A stretch of DNA of 64,000 nt from Minutocellus sp. GHC0000111 (Eukaryota): NCBI GenBank assembly GCA_977018835.1, contig OZ361257.1:2170001-2234000 (forward strand), in the 5' to 3' direction. Below, piece after piece: positions 21,414 to 33,531 of the stretch. The translations under genes were made by a program, and so were the position numbers. Position 1 is the first letter of the stretch. Each line of letters opens with the position of its first letter. The notes below the pieces were generated by a model, which searched no databases, was not told the origin of the DNA, and saw nothing but the letters and a program-made list of their open reading frames with translations.

Positions 21414-23216
21414 ATGAAGACGCTTACTACGTGCCTGGTCGCTGGTGCCATTGCTCTTCATGGATCAGCTGCGGCGGCGGCAGCAGCAGCCCAAGAGGAA
21501 GAAGCACCGGCGCGGGATGACGGTCACGGACCATCGCGCCCGCCATCATCGCCCTACTGTGCCAATGACCACGATAATCACGATAATACATCCCCTGGCC
21601 CGTGCATCAACGCCGATCCCGATTGCTACCGCCGAGCTGCTCTCGGCGAATGCAAGTTGCAGTCGCACGCACAATACATAACAACTCACTGCTCCCGAGC
21701 CTGTGGACGCTGTTCACTGACACAACTTCCCGACGAAGCCACCATCCAGAAGGAGGAAGAGGAGGAATTGAGAAGCAACGAGGCCAACGACTCCCCAGAA
21801 CTAGATTTGGACTGCCACGATTTGCACGAGATGTGCCCCATATGGTCCGGCCAGGGAGAGTGTCTCCTCAACCCCAAGTACATGGCGACGGCATGTCGAG
21901 AATCGTGCCTGCTTTGCGTCAATGCCCGCACCAGCCGGGAGCGTGGGGAGGACACCGAACGGATCCGACGGAAGCGGACGTACGTGACGTCCGTCGATGC
22001 CGGCCCGCAGCAACGGATGGACGGATCGATCACCGAACAGCAGCAGGACAAGATACGGAATCTGTTGCAGCACATGGACCGTTATGCCAAGGTCAACTTG
22101 ACAGATGTGGAGGTATCTCGCGAAACCAGAATGCTTTGTCGCAACGACCACGACGAATGTGCCATCTTGGCGGTACAGGGCCAATGTCGAAAGGACACTC
22201 TGTACATGCTGGCTCACTGTTCACTCGTTTGTCGATTCTGTGACAAGGTTGAGAAATTCCATCGATGTGCGGCCACTACTGACAATGGCATTGGTAATGC
22301 TGAAACGAGTGGCTTGTTTCATAAAGCTGGAGATTTGAATTCCTTCTTTCGCCAAGCCAAGGAAGGCGGTCGATGGGACGAGTATCGACCAGAATACCTT
22401 TCACAGCCCGGTGGCCACGCCAATGCCGATGGCGAAGCAGATGCCAATGATGGCAGTCCCTGGGTCGTTCGATTCGATTCATTTTTGAGTGCATCAGAGA
22501 GCAAAAGAATGATCGACATCGCAAATATTATTGGTTGGTCAGACTCAAAAGTTGAGGAGAAAGATATGTTTGGAGGTAATCCAGAGAAGGTGCCTCCTCA
22601 ACGATCTTCCAAGAGTGCAGTGTGTCGTGCGGGTGCAGCGTGTGACTCGGAACCGGTATACACTGCAGTGATGAAACGAGTTGCCGACACCATTGGAATT
22701 CCGAGGGAACATTTTGAGCACACACAGATTGTCAAATACGAGCATAGAGATTCATTTGGTGTTCATCACGATTATCGTATCCACGACCTTTGGAAGCCAG
22801 GTGGGTGCAGCAGTAGTTTTGCCCTGACCAATGTGCATAAATTTTGCTAATATGTGGCCGTGTCAACTCTCTTTCTTTTCCGTCCAAACCGCTAAAATAT
22901 CTCCCAAATTCACCATACTGTTTCTTCTTCTTCTTCTTCTTCGATAGCCGGCCCAAGAGTCCTCACAATGATGTTGTACCTATCCGATGTCGAGGAGGGG
23001 GGGTCGACCGGATTTCCGGATCTTGACTGGTTGTTTGTTGAGCCGAAAAGAGGACAAGCTTTGCTCTTCCCGAACGTTTTAGACAGCGACCCAACGAAAG
23101 CGGACCAAAGAATGGTTCATGAAGGTCTTCCGGTGGTGAGCGGCACCAAGCACATCGCAATCGTGTATATCCACATGCGAGAATGGACGGCGGCATTAGA
23201 GCAAGACTGTGTTTGA
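21414..23216 (+). CDS. Prolyl 4-hydroxylase-like 2OG-Fe(II) oxygenase with ShKT domains; intron 22801-22947
   Basis: Signal peptide, three ShKT Cys patterns, HHD, GPRVLTMMLYLSDVEEGG and HEGLPV..GTK. Confidence 0.9.
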
Positions 23217-23400
23217 TCAATGATAAAATAAAGGCATGGCCAATCGACCCACCACCTTACACTGGTGCGCAGTCAGCCTCATTCTTCTCGCTTGAGCTAG
23301 TCATTCATTAACATAAATATGTGGGGTGTACAGCTTTTTACTTTACTTATATCGCAGCATGGGCAGCCCTTGGTTTTCTATCTATTTCATTTTTCTTTGA

Positions 23401-24288
23401 TTAATAGAAGAAGCCCAAAATTTTGCCACCGGTCTTCTTTCTACGAGCCTCTTCGTGGGTCATGATGCCCATTGAGGTAGTCAAAACAATGTGGCCGAAC
23501 TGGCGGGAGGGGAGGAGGTTGACGATCCACTTCTCGATCTCGTCCTGGGTAACATCGAATCGGGGGCTGACAATGCCGCACTTGTTGAGGCGTCCCGTGA
23601 GCTCAATTACGATCTTGCCGGCCCGGTGATCGTCGATGATCTCGAATTCTCCGATGTATCCTGTTGTCATTTGGGTTGTCACGGATAGGAGAAAGAGGAG
23701 GGAAACAAAATGTGAGAATACATGTTCGATACTAGCGTGATATGTCGCAAGCGTAAAGGCTGTGCCGCTTCATGGTCGCCCAATTGACTGGTGCGGAAGG
23801 GCCCGTGAGTGTAAGAGCTATGCATGTTGCTTCTCCGGGGCAAAACTATTCCGGAGGGGGGCAAAGCATGCACCGGGTCATCGCAGCACGTCGACCATTC
23901 GCGAGAACGGAAGCGGCGCTAAGTGCGATGCGCGCTCATACGACGCGGCCGAGGCCACGAAGTACCCCCACTTTCGCCCCGTTGCGTTCGAAGTCGGCAG
24001 GACCGTCCGATTTTTCCGTCAGGAGCGGTACCGAAAATATTTCGAGGTCGGTCAACGTCGGGAGAAAATACCACTGCCGCCGCCTCTACCGGTCTACACC
24101 AATTTCGTTCGATTAAAATCCCAAACATAAACGGAAGATTCATGAGGAAACTTACCGTGTTGCTGCATCTGCTGGAGGAATTTGACAACGACCTTGGACG
24201 AAGGGCGGATGAGGACCTGCCTCTTGCCGCGCTTCTCGGCGTTGGTGATTGTCTTGAGACAATCAGCGAGTACTGACATACGAACCAT
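23401..24288 (-). CDS. RPS15A: 40S ribosomal protein S15a (uS8); exons 24288-24156 and 23660-23401
   Basis: [12 protein letters not shown]...[16 protein letters not shown]...GGKILGFFY; in-frame intron. Confidence 0.97.
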
Positions 24289-24861
24289 CTGTGATTAGGA
24301 ATAAGATACAACGCAAAATGTTTGCAACAAGGAGAAGCGTGTGAGACCAAGTACAATTGAGAGGTGAGAGCTGAGCCAACCAACCAGAGGTGGGTGACGT
24401 CCGCCGCAAATACGTGCGAGAACGACGGACAGGCATGCTCCAGAAATGAAGGGTCGGGTGGAGGCCGCTCCGTCAAAAGGCGGTGGCGCCGTTCGCCCAT
24501 CCCTGCCGACGCCATTGTCCATGTGCGCCATCTGGACGATACCCTCCGCGTCGTTGTTTCGCAATCGATCGCCGATCCTCTCCATCGTCGTACCTTGAAC
24601 GTGACCTTCCAATAAGCAAAAAGCAAGCAATCTCTCGGCAAGTGCCGGTAACACAAAATTGTTTTCCGAAAGGGTTATGAGCTGCACAGCATTTGTCACT
24701 CCTCATTAGAATCTTTCTCCGCAAAAATCCTCAACTTTTAAAAAAGAGGAGTATTTTTCATCAAGCAGTAAGCCGAAAAGCAGTAAAGTGACTGACTCGA
24801 CTCAATGTTCGTTCGTTGCTCATAACCTGTTCTGCACCGATTAGGAGCACTTTCAACGAAG

Positions 24862-25237
24862 GTGAGGCCAACCATGGTGGAATGGGAAGGGGCCCTGGGC
24901 TGAGACTGATGGAAGCGTCGGAAAGAATTCAGTGGAATAGATCAGGAGTGAGAAGCGACAACGCCAGTCGGCTGTGCGCTCGATGCGTCTGGGCGGTCGT
25001 CGCGGTTTGTTGGCGGTGCGGCAGTGGTCGTGAGACAGGTTATCCGTCGGGTCGTTCCGCATGCGGCTCGGTCGACCGGGGTGGAGCGTAAATGGTGGAT
25101 TCCGCGTGGATGTTGGAGAACAGCAGCCCTTGCAGCATCACCACATGCTTATGCCAAGTGCTGATAAACATATCTACTCTGTATCGCATGGTGCACTAAC
25201 CTTTTCCTCCTCTTTGCGCTCCTTTCGATTCCCACAG
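24862..25237 (+). other. Probable 5'-UTR intron of RPL35A
   Basis: AG|GTGAG donor, CACTAAC branch point near 25194, pyrimidine tract and CACAG acceptor. Confidence 0.55.
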
Positions 25238-25281
25238 GTCAAATTTATCTCAAATTTTCACTTACAAAATAATACCCCAAA

Positions 25282-25608
25282 ATGGCCTCCGAACCCTGCA
25301 GACTGTACGTAAGCGGTGCCATCCTCGGCTACAAGCGCGGCCTCCGCAACCAGCACAACTCCACCTCCCTCATCAAGATCGCCGGCGTCGACTCCAACGA
25401 GGAGACCGAGTTCTACCTCGGCAAGCGCGTCGCCTTCATCACCAAGGGCTCCACCGAGCGCAATGGCACCAAGTACCGAGTCAACTGGGGCCGCGTCTGC
25501 CGCGCCCACGGATCCAACGGCGTCGTCCGATGCAAGTTCGCCCGGGATCTCCCTCCCCAGTCCATCGGTGGCCGCGTCCGTGTTATGCTCTACCCCTCCC
25601 GCGTGTAA
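25282..25608 (+). CDS. RPL35A: 60S ribosomal protein L35a (eL33)
   Basis: LGYKRG, FYLGKRVAF, HGSNGVVR and RVRVMLYPS motifs. Confidence 0.97.
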   Translation: MASEPCRLYVSGAILGYKRGLRNQHNSTSLIKIAGVDSNEETEFYLGKRVAFITKGSTERNGTKYRVNWGRVCRAHGSNGVVRCKFARDLPPQSIGGRVRVMLYPSRV

Positions 25609-25994
25609 GAAAATGGGATTTGTTCGTTTGGGGGTACTGAGCGTGTCGTTGGTCTAACAAACAGTACGAGTTGATCTCTGATGTTATACACTGTGAGGCC
25701 CGGCACGGCGGTACTCTTGATTGAGCATAGTAAAAATAAAAGAAACCAATACATCTGTAATCTCTTGGTGTTTGTATGGCTACGGATGAAAAACTTCTCG
25801 TGTTTGAGTGTTTGCACATGTGTTACTATCTGGGCTACCACTACTCTAGCGAGCTAGATCTACTACGTAGTTACGCAGAAGCAGGTGCATGCAGTGGAAG
25901 GCAATTTATATCTCTACTAGAATCATATATTGTGTACTATAAAAGGTGGAAACATGGTAATATTCCTGTTCCTGTATAGCAGCAAGCAATCCCG

Positions 25995-27770
25995 TCACCG
26001 CTCGTTCGATTCGTCCTCGTCGTCACCTTCTACATGTATTCCTTCTCTCTCATCGGAAGCAGCAAGGTCCTGCTCCTTCCGCGGGACCAAGGGAATCAAC
26101 GGAATAAAGCAAAGAACCCCAACACTTTGGATGATGGCAGTTATGAGGAAGGTGAACGTATAGTCATATTTATCAGAAAGCCAACCCCCGATGGCTGCGC
26201 TGCCACACCAGCCAAACGATACGACACTGTCCAAAGACTTCCATCGAGCTCGCTCGTTCTTCGGAACAAAATCCATTAATATTGACTCATTGAGAGGGTA
26301 TGTACAATTCATGAGTGCTGTTCGTAGAACATATATTGGGACCAAGGCCAGTGGATGAGAGTCAAGATAACGCTTACCAAACACCATGGCATAAAGACAG
26401 GACACGCCCATGGAGTTCAACAGGATCATGGTCTGGACCCTACCAAATCCAGTGGAAGATATCTTCTCTCCAACGCCGGAAAATGCCACCATGGAAAGAG
26501 GGACGAGAACGTAGATTAGTTGCACCTGAGAGGGAGAAAGCTTGACCTCTTCTTTGAAGAATAAAGGGAAGAATTTGATCGTCATCCCGGATCCGAGAGC
26601 AAAGACAAGCGATTGGAAGCACAGTATGATTGGGATCAGCTTTTGTTTCCTCTTCGTGCTCAGTTCATCCGCGGTATTGCCTATTTCGTCTGAAGTATGA
26701 GCATCCGACGCGGATTCCTCTTGAGCAGTACTCTTTTCGGTATTTTCAATATCCCTTAAATCACTGCTGCCGGCAATTCTAGTCTCGTCATCATCATTAT
26801 TCGTTTCTTCGTTTGCCCTTGCATCATCCTCGTCCAAGCTCTTCTTGTCATCAAAAAAGAACATTATGGTGGCAGCAACACCCTCCAGACCAAGTCCAAC
26901 GTACAAAACAGCACGAAGGTGGCTAAGATCCCACTCATCGCCAAGTGTCTGGAAGAGAATTATCGACACCAATGGTCCGAGACAGCTGCTGATCATGTAG
27001 GCTGCGAACAAATACATATAATAGACAGACCTGGACCCAGCCGGAGTAGAGTCTGCATACAAAGCTTGCGACGGGCCGTTGATGACGCCACCGCCTATGC
27101 CCCAAAGTGCCATGACAGCCGCAAACAAGATGAAGGACAGTTCCCTCTTTCCGTCGTCGTGGTTGAGCGCCTCCTCGTCTGTACCGATCCACTCCAACAA
27201 CGCAGCGTGGGCGACGGCCGTAACAATGATGAGCGCACCTCCTGCCCCAATCACCTTGTCTCGTCCGCATTTGTCTGCCAGATACCCCACGGGCAATGCC
27301 GAGAATAGCGAAGCCAGACCCGACACTGCCTCAACGTCGCCCGCCGGGCCGTTCTTTTCCCTGCCCAGACGCTTGAGATAGGCGGCAATGACTGTTCCTG
27401 ACCAAAGAGAATCGGCGAGGCCATACACTCCAGAAAGGAGTAGTGACAGAAAAACATTGTGGTTCATTCTGGGGCGTGATGCTGGCCTTGTACGGCATAG
27501 AATCCATGGAAATAACATGTCCTTACTGCACGCAGTACTGTTGGTATTATTGTCGTCGTCATCGGCAGCAGAGGCCGGAAGAAGCGGCTCGTGCAGTTGT
27601 TGCCCATCATCGTCGTTCGATGCCATGATGGTTCTACTATCAAGTCCAGGCGAAGAGATGAGAAGCTCTCGCAATTGATCAGTGATGGTGGCCTCCCGAT
27701 TACATGTATTCCTTCTTCTTTTAGCGTTGCTGGCGACAGAAGCAGCAGCCCCGTCGTCGGTGTCCGCCAT
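25995..27770 (-). CDS. Major facilitator superfamily transporter
   Basis: About 12 TM segments, GYLADKCGR motif A, central acidic loop; start codon uncertain. Confidence 0.88.
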   Translation of the reverse strand: MADTDDGAAASVASNAKRRRNTCNREATITDQLRELLISSPGLDSRTIMASNDDDGQQLHEPLLPASAADDDDNNTNSTACSKDMLFPWILCRTRPASRPRMNHNVFLSLLLSGVYGLADSLWSGTVIAAYLKRLGREKNGPAGDVEAVSGLASLFSALPVGYLADKCGRDKVIGAGGALIIVTAVAHAALLEWIGTDEEALNHDDGKRELSFILFAAVMALWGIGGGVINGPSQALYADSTPAGSRSVYYMYLFAAYMISSCLGPLVSIILFQTLGDEWDLSHLRAVLYVGLGLEGVAATIMFFFDDKKSLDEDDARANEETNNDDDETRIAGSSDLRDIENTEKSTAQEESASDAHTSDEIGNTADELSTKRKQKLIPIILCFQSLVFALGSGMTIKFFPLFFKEEVKLSPSQVQLIYVLVPLSMVAFSGVGEKISSTGFGRVQTMILLNSMGVSCLYAMVFGKRYLDSHPLALVPIYVLRTALMNCTYPLNESILMDFVPKNERARWKSLDSVVSFGWCGSAAIGGWLSDKYDYTFTFLITAIIQSVGVLCFIPLIPLVPRKEQDLAASDEREGIHVEGDDEDESNER

Positions 27771-27971
27771 GGTTGCGAAAGAGTAAGAACATCCCTGCCT
27801 CGGAGCGAGCCTCGGAAGAATGTGAGTGACTGCGAGCAAGCATTGCTGGTCGCATCTCACAACTTGCAAACTTCAAATGATGATGAGACCATCCAACCAA
27901 CCGCTACAAGTAGACTACTAGCTGCGTAGCGAGTGTTATGGCGGGGCAACAGCCACCGAAAAGAAATGTAA

Positions 27972-28802
27972 ATGAAGCGATTCCTGGTATCAAAGACATC
28001 TGATGCACCGGCAGCTGCTGCAGCGGCGGCGGCGAAACGAGCCAAATTGTCTCCTCGCGCTGGTCCTGGTTCTCCACCAGCTGCTCCACCGCAACTGAAA
28101 CTGCCTCGACCACGAAAGATTAGTCACCACGGCGATTTGGATGTGCTGTACTATCCCCGATTCCTAAACGATGGGTCAATAACGCCGGCACTTGCAAATT
28201 TACCGCTCTAGGAGTCTGTCATTGTCATGTTTGGCAAAACCATCAAAGAGCCCAGACGGACGGGCTTCTTCTCGTCGAATGGCAGGCCATTGAAATACTC
28301 CGGATCGATTCGGCATCCCCTGCCTCTTACAGAGGAATTGGATTCGATTCGACGAAAGATTGAGGAATTACCCGATGTGCAAAAGGCGCTGGTCAAGGAG
28401 CGGGGGGGGAGCAATAATGTACCAAACAAATCGAAGTATAACAACAACAGTGGTGAGATGGATAAAAAGAATGATACATCATCGTCATCGCGATATAGCT
28501 TTACAGGATGCTTCGCAAACATGTATGAAGACGGAACACATTACATGGGGTTCCATTCAGATGATGAGGCAGAGAATGGACCATCGAAGGACAATCGAGT
28601 CATCGCGTCGGTGACATTTGGCGAAGCGAGAAGATTCGTCTTCAAGAGAAAGAGTGATGGTACCAAGGTGGAGCTTACGTTGGAGCCTGGGTCGCTCCTA
28701 CTGATGAAGGGCCGGACGCAGAGTATATGGAAACATGCGGTGCCGAAAACAACAAAGCCAATGGGGAAAAGACTCAATCTCACATATCGAATTATTCTGT
28801 AA
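27972..28802 (+). pseudogene. AlkB/ALKBH2-like dioxygenase with an in-frame TAG at 28209-28211
   Basis: FGKTIKEPR, NMYEDG..MGFHSDDE, WKHAVPK and RLNLTYR motifs; the two ORFs share a frame and are separated by one stop. Confidence 0.8.
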
Positions 28803-28943
28803 ATACACTGTAGATCATTGGGATCAGGAGCGTCGACGTTACTCGTAGATGCTGTACATGAACGGCATAATTGAGGTTTCTGATACTTTCTTATTTTATA
28901 ACATATATTGCATTGTTGTATTGTGTAAAGATATGTGCTTTCC

Positions 28944-31292
28944 TTAAACGACGTACACCGATGACTCGTCCCTGTCCTCCACTGACACTTCTACCGAGAC
29001 ATTATCATCATCCTTCTTCAGTCCGTGCTTCCTTGTTGATTTCATAATGGACACGCTTCTACCCATACCAGCACTATTGGCAGGTACCCTGGGAGGCCTT
29101 GATCCCTGCACATTCTTGGTATTCTTCGATTTGACCCATTTGGTACCAGTGGGTTTGCGCTCTTCGTACTGTACTCCAGCTAGCCACTCGGTGACCGTCT
29201 TCTTCGGGCGGCCTGCTGCCTGCTTCCCCTTCCGAAGGCCATTGCTAGATTTGATCACCTTCATGCGCCTGCCGCTACTTGCTGACGATTCACAAGTAGA
29301 GGGTTCGTCGTTCTTTGCACCTTTTGTGATTGAGCGTTGGGAAGGAGAGCTGGCACTTTGCTGGGTTTCTTTGGGCAATTGCTGGGTTTCTTTGGGCAAC
29401 CCAGAGGCAGGGCCTTGATACACGGGTCCATTGATGTTGGCTTCTGTCTTGAGTAGAGACGATGTAGAGGGCGAGGGCTTGATTAGAGTCACCGTAGTAG
29501 TGGATGTTTCGTTGCCAACGCTATCGTTCGATCGGTTGGCATATTTCAGTAGATGGGCGTTGGGAGATTGATTTTCGTGCTCGTTCGAAATTAGCTCGGT
29601 ACCACCCACGACGGTCCCTTTGCCACTCGCTTCGACCTCGACGCTTTCGTCAGCGATGCTTGTACCACCACTGTGGAAAAAATATGCCACACCACTTCCT
29701 ACCTTTCGCAAAGCGGCTTTGGTAGAACGAATGTAGTCTCCATCTTCATCGGCAGAGGGGTTAATCACGGACATTTGTCCTCCCTTGATCATCACGTGAG
29801 ATTCAGGGGTAGTATGTTTGGGGCTCGTGGTGGCTTCTGCCACTTCCGTGTTGTGAGGGGCTGGTGGTGTTGGAGGACGAGGAGCGGGTTGTTTGGCGCC
29901 AAGACCATCATCGCTATCGAGACGAGATGGTTCATCGTAGGAAATTCCTGATACTAATGCAGTATCATCCTCCTTGGCGGACTCGACATCGATCGGTGGA
30001 GGCTTTCTGGGTGCTCCTGCATTGGCCTGTCCATCGTTATCATCAAAGTCAACAACAACGCCAAGCGACGGAGTGAAGCTGGCTGATGAGACGAGATCGG
30101 ATTCGTTCTGAACAATTTGGGAGTGATCGAGGTTCTTCAGATGCTCGCCCCATGCCTCAAGTCGCCTAGCTCCTCTTCCGCGGGGTGATTTGCTCCCGGT
30201 GCCCATATTGAGCTTGTCGTTGATCATGGCAACCAGGCTGACCTTGCCTTTACTTACGAGCTTGTCAATCTGTTTTTGTAGGACTCTAAAGTCGCAAATT
30301 TGAACATCTTCGAAGTTGTCTTTCATGTCACGCTTCTCCTCGCGCCAATCCCTCCGCATTTCCTTCATTTCCTTCTTCACTTCTCTCATCAGGTGGTTGG
30401 TGTTGGGGTTGGTCCTGTCGTCCGTATATGCGGAATATGTGTCAGAGGTGAAGCGGCTGTCATAGCCGGTGTCATAGCCAGTATCGTCGTCTCGGGTGTA
30501 GTCCTCTGTAAGGCCGGTACCTACGCTGGTATATCCGGTGATGCCCGTATCCTTGGAAAGCACGCTGGAGTAATCGGTGATGCCCGTGTCCTTGGAAAGC
30601 ACGCTGGAATATCCTCCGCGGGAGTAGGCGTCAGAGTATCCGGTGTAGTTGGTTCCTCCATAAGCGCTCTCGTCCTCGATGAAGGAGGCGCTGGCGTCCT
30701 CGTTGAGACTGGGCATACGACCACCACCGCGACCGTGGCCGTGACCGTCACCGCCGTAACTGCGATCGCGGTTGTGATGACCTCGGTGCCCATTTTTCGA
30801 CGTCAGGCCTCGGAGCTTGTTGAAGTCGGGCGAGGCCATGTGCGACATGGTCGATACGACCATGAGACGGTCGCTCTCCTCACTGTATTTGCTCTGGATC
30901 CTGCCCCGATGGTCACCGTCACCGCCTACGTAGCTCGATGCGTCGTCGTACTTGCTCGCATCGTAGTTGGTGAAGCTTTCGGTTCCAATGTCCCGCAATT
31001 CGTTGGCAGCTTCTTTGGGATGAGGAGCAGAGTCGCCGAGGGCACCGTCGTCCATGGGCGGTTGGTCTCTCCTCCCACCACCGCTAGTACCGGCGGTGCT
31101 CTTCTTCTTCGGTGCCTTAGGAGGGCGAGAGGTAGGTGTTCTGCCGCCGTAGTTGGCGTTGGCTTTGGAGTGGGCCTTAGGGCCACCACCTCGTGGGGAC
31201 GGATCGTCGATGTACTGATCGCCATTTCTGCCATCACCATGCTGGTGGGCACTGCCGCGACGACGGTCGCGTCCACCGTGATGCCTGACCAT
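28944..31292 (-). CDS. Hypothetical low-complexity protein with a Y/T/D/S-rich tract
   Basis: Long open frame; internal 39-bp (30536-30613) and 21-bp (29358-29399) tandem duplications. Confidence 0.7.
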   Translation of the reverse strand: MVRHHGGRDRRRGSAHQHGDGRNGDQYIDDPSPRGGGPKAHSKANANYGGRTPTSRPPKAPKKKSTAGTSGGGRRDQPPMDDGALGDSAPHPKEAANELRDIGTESFTNYDASKYDDASSYVGGDGDHRGRIQSKYSEESDRLMVVSTMSHMASPDFNKLRGLTSKNGHRGHHNRDRSYGGDGHGHGRGGGRMPSLNEDASASFIEDESAYGGTNYTGYSDAYSRGGYSSVLSKDTGITDYSSVLSKDTGITGYTSVGTGLTEDYTRDDDTGYDTGYDSRFTSDTYSAYTDDRTNPNTNHLMREVKKEMKEMRRDWREEKRDMKDNFEDVQICDFRVLQKQIDKLVSKGKVSLVAMINDKLNMGTGSKSPRGRGARRLEAWGEHLKNLDHSQIVQNESDLVSSASFTPSLGVVVDFDDNDGQANAGAPRKPPPIDVESAKEDDTALVSGISYDEPSRLDSDDGLGAKQPAPRPPTPPAPHNTEVAEATTSPKHTTPESHVMIKGGQMSVINPSADEDGDYIRSTKAALRKVGSGVAYFFHSGGTSIADESVEVEASGKGTVVGGTELISNEHENQSPNAHLLKYANRSNDSVGNETSTTTVTLIKPSPSTSSLLKTEANINGPVYQGPASGLPKETQQLPKETQQSASSPSQRSITKGAKNDEPSTCESSASSGRRMKVIKSSNGLRKGKQAAGRPKKTVTEWLAGVQYEERKPTGTKWVKSKNTKNVQGSRPPRVPANSAGMGRSVSIMKSTRKHGLKKDDDNVSVEVSVEDRDESSVYVV

Positions 31293-31883
31293 TCTTGCCT
31301 GACTTTGGAAGTACAGAGGAGAGAGGGAGGAAAGAGTGGTACTGGGGTAGTGGATAGGAATTCCTACCACTTAAGAAAGTAGATGGCCAACTTTTGGTTT
31401 TTTCCAATGCCAATGTTGGAGATCTTGCGGTAGGCACGGCACCACACGGAGACAGCCACAGCACAGAGAGGAACGAGTCGGCTAGATACCTTGGACAGTG
31501 AGCAAAGGATTGCAGAACTGTAGCTTAGCGATGAGATTGAATCGCGGGGTAACTGTGGGCCTGACTACACGATCTTTCTTTGCGCAGAAGATACTGGGAT
31601 AGCAAATGAAGCGGAGGCGATCCGAAGTATCCCATCTTGTGCATAGACATTTGACCGGGCAGGCTTGCATGTTGACTTATTCGACTCAAATACATAAAGT
31701 ACAAAAACCTGGAGCTGGCGAGGTGGGCATAAGCGTTGAGCAATGATGATGATGAGGCCGAGCCAGCTGGGCCGCGCCGGGCACGAGCATTTTTCCTCTT
31801 TCCTCTTGGTCGTTCGCCCGACCCATCACGCCGGTACCTTGCTGCTTGCATACGAAGCAGCAAAACAAACTAAGCAAGACAAG

Positions 31884-33098
31884 ATGGCCGACAACCGACT
31901 TCGATGCGCCCTGGTGTACCGCCTCGACGCCGGTGACGAGACCTCCGTCACCATGCTGGCCAAGTACGACCACGCGTCGCAGTACGAGACCAGCCCGGGA
32001 GGGTCCGACCTGTACGGCGGCCGCGACAAGAGCTACGCCGATGCCGTCGGGATGGTCATCGGGAACGACCCGCCGGGCGCCACCTCCGAGGCCGGGACCA
32101 TCGGTGGCTTCAAGGTGTGCCAGTCCGAGGTGCACCAGGTCGTTTACGGTTCCGATACGGATGGATTGTGTAAGTCTTGTGGCAAAACAGCACATACATA
32201 AATGTTTTACATGTTCGTCCAAAGGATTTAAATTGTTACTTGAATTGTTCATGTAATGGGCGCCATAACAATATGCATTCGGGGCATGTTTGTCGCCAGT
32301 CAATGATTGAGTGGGTTAAGCGCTGCTGGCGTTGGGAGTATTAACCTGCTGTGTGACTACTCTTATTCGGGTGCAGATTCCAATGCGGTACCCACTGCTG
32401 CGTCGTATCTTTAGTTCGTGTTGCCCGAAAAAATTGTTGGACGCGACCAAATCAAAGCACTGGCCCGGGTGGGGTCGAGAGTCGTCCGATTAGATTGTAG
32501 CCGATGCCTTCGATGTCCATCTTACATTTGATTTCCCCGTACCTCTTTCGCCTCATCCTGTCCCTGTCCTCCCTTGACCTCATCGGCCTGCACCACCGCT
32601 TCCCGCCGTCCTGGACCGCACTTGAAAATCACAGGCCTCGCCGTCATTACCGGACTCAAGTATCCCTCCCGCGTCGCCATCCAGGCCCTCATCGAGCTGT
32701 ACGGTAAGTACTCCGAGCAGTTCGGCCTCCAGGCCAAGTCGGCCACGACCAACTCCCTCACCAAAAAGTCCAAGCCCGTCCTTCAGGCCATGTGCAAGAA
32801 GTACGACGACCTCTCCAAGGTCGACAAGACCTCCGCCCTCATCGGCAAGGTCGACGAGGTCAAGGTCCAGATGCAGGACAACATCAGCGCCATGCTCAAG
32901 AACACCGAGCAGGCCGAGAGCCTGGCCGAGCGGTCCGACCAGCTCAACGAGCAGGCCAGCGTCTTCAAGAAGAAGAGTACCGACCTCCGGAAGCAGATGC
33001 GATGCAAGAACTTGAAGATGACCATCATCCTTACGCTCCTGGTCGTCGGTGTTTTGGCCATCATCTTGGTCCCACTCATCATGAAGGCGAGGAAATAG
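31884..33098 (+). CDS. Longin-type R-SNARE (VAMP7-like synaptobrevin); intron 32170-32634
   Basis: KVDEVKVQMQDNI...ERSDQLNEQASVF R-SNARE motif, C-terminal TM, in-frame splice. Confidence 0.9.
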
Positions 33099-33531
33099 TC
33101 GTGTTGTGATCAGGTTGTTACTAATTTGGGTGCGTGAAAGGAAGTGTGCGCGGTGTCCTTTCAGCTCATCATTCCAACATGTGATACTATGTTTATGTTG
33201 CAAATCGACTTGTCGGTGATGGGGTGGACGTTTGTTTCGGGATGGTTTGGTCTGGGAATTCGTACTGCTAGAAATTCTATCCGTCGAGTTGAGTTGGAAA
33301 GGGGTCCACTATTATTTGGAGACCGAAAGGCCAACAGCTTCACTTTGCAGTAGGAATACAAAAAGGATGAATTTATTCGCTTAGGGTAGATAGATGGTAT
33401 GTAATTGTTACATGGTATTTCAACATGTATTGGAATATGTAGTGCTCTAAGGATGGACAAGGAGAGAAATTCCAGGCTCGCTGATGTGCCAATGATTACT
33501 GGTATAAAATGGTCGAAATGTAGGAAGGAAT

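Noticed and set aside
23661..24155. Possible intronic C/D snoRNA in the long RPS15A intron (SKP1 intron also checked)
   Set aside because: No box C and box D in the correct order by eye; an Infernal scan would settle it
30300..31382. Hydrophobic-looking 360-aa plus-strand ORF
   Set aside because: Mirror of the T/D/Y-rich minus-strand gene
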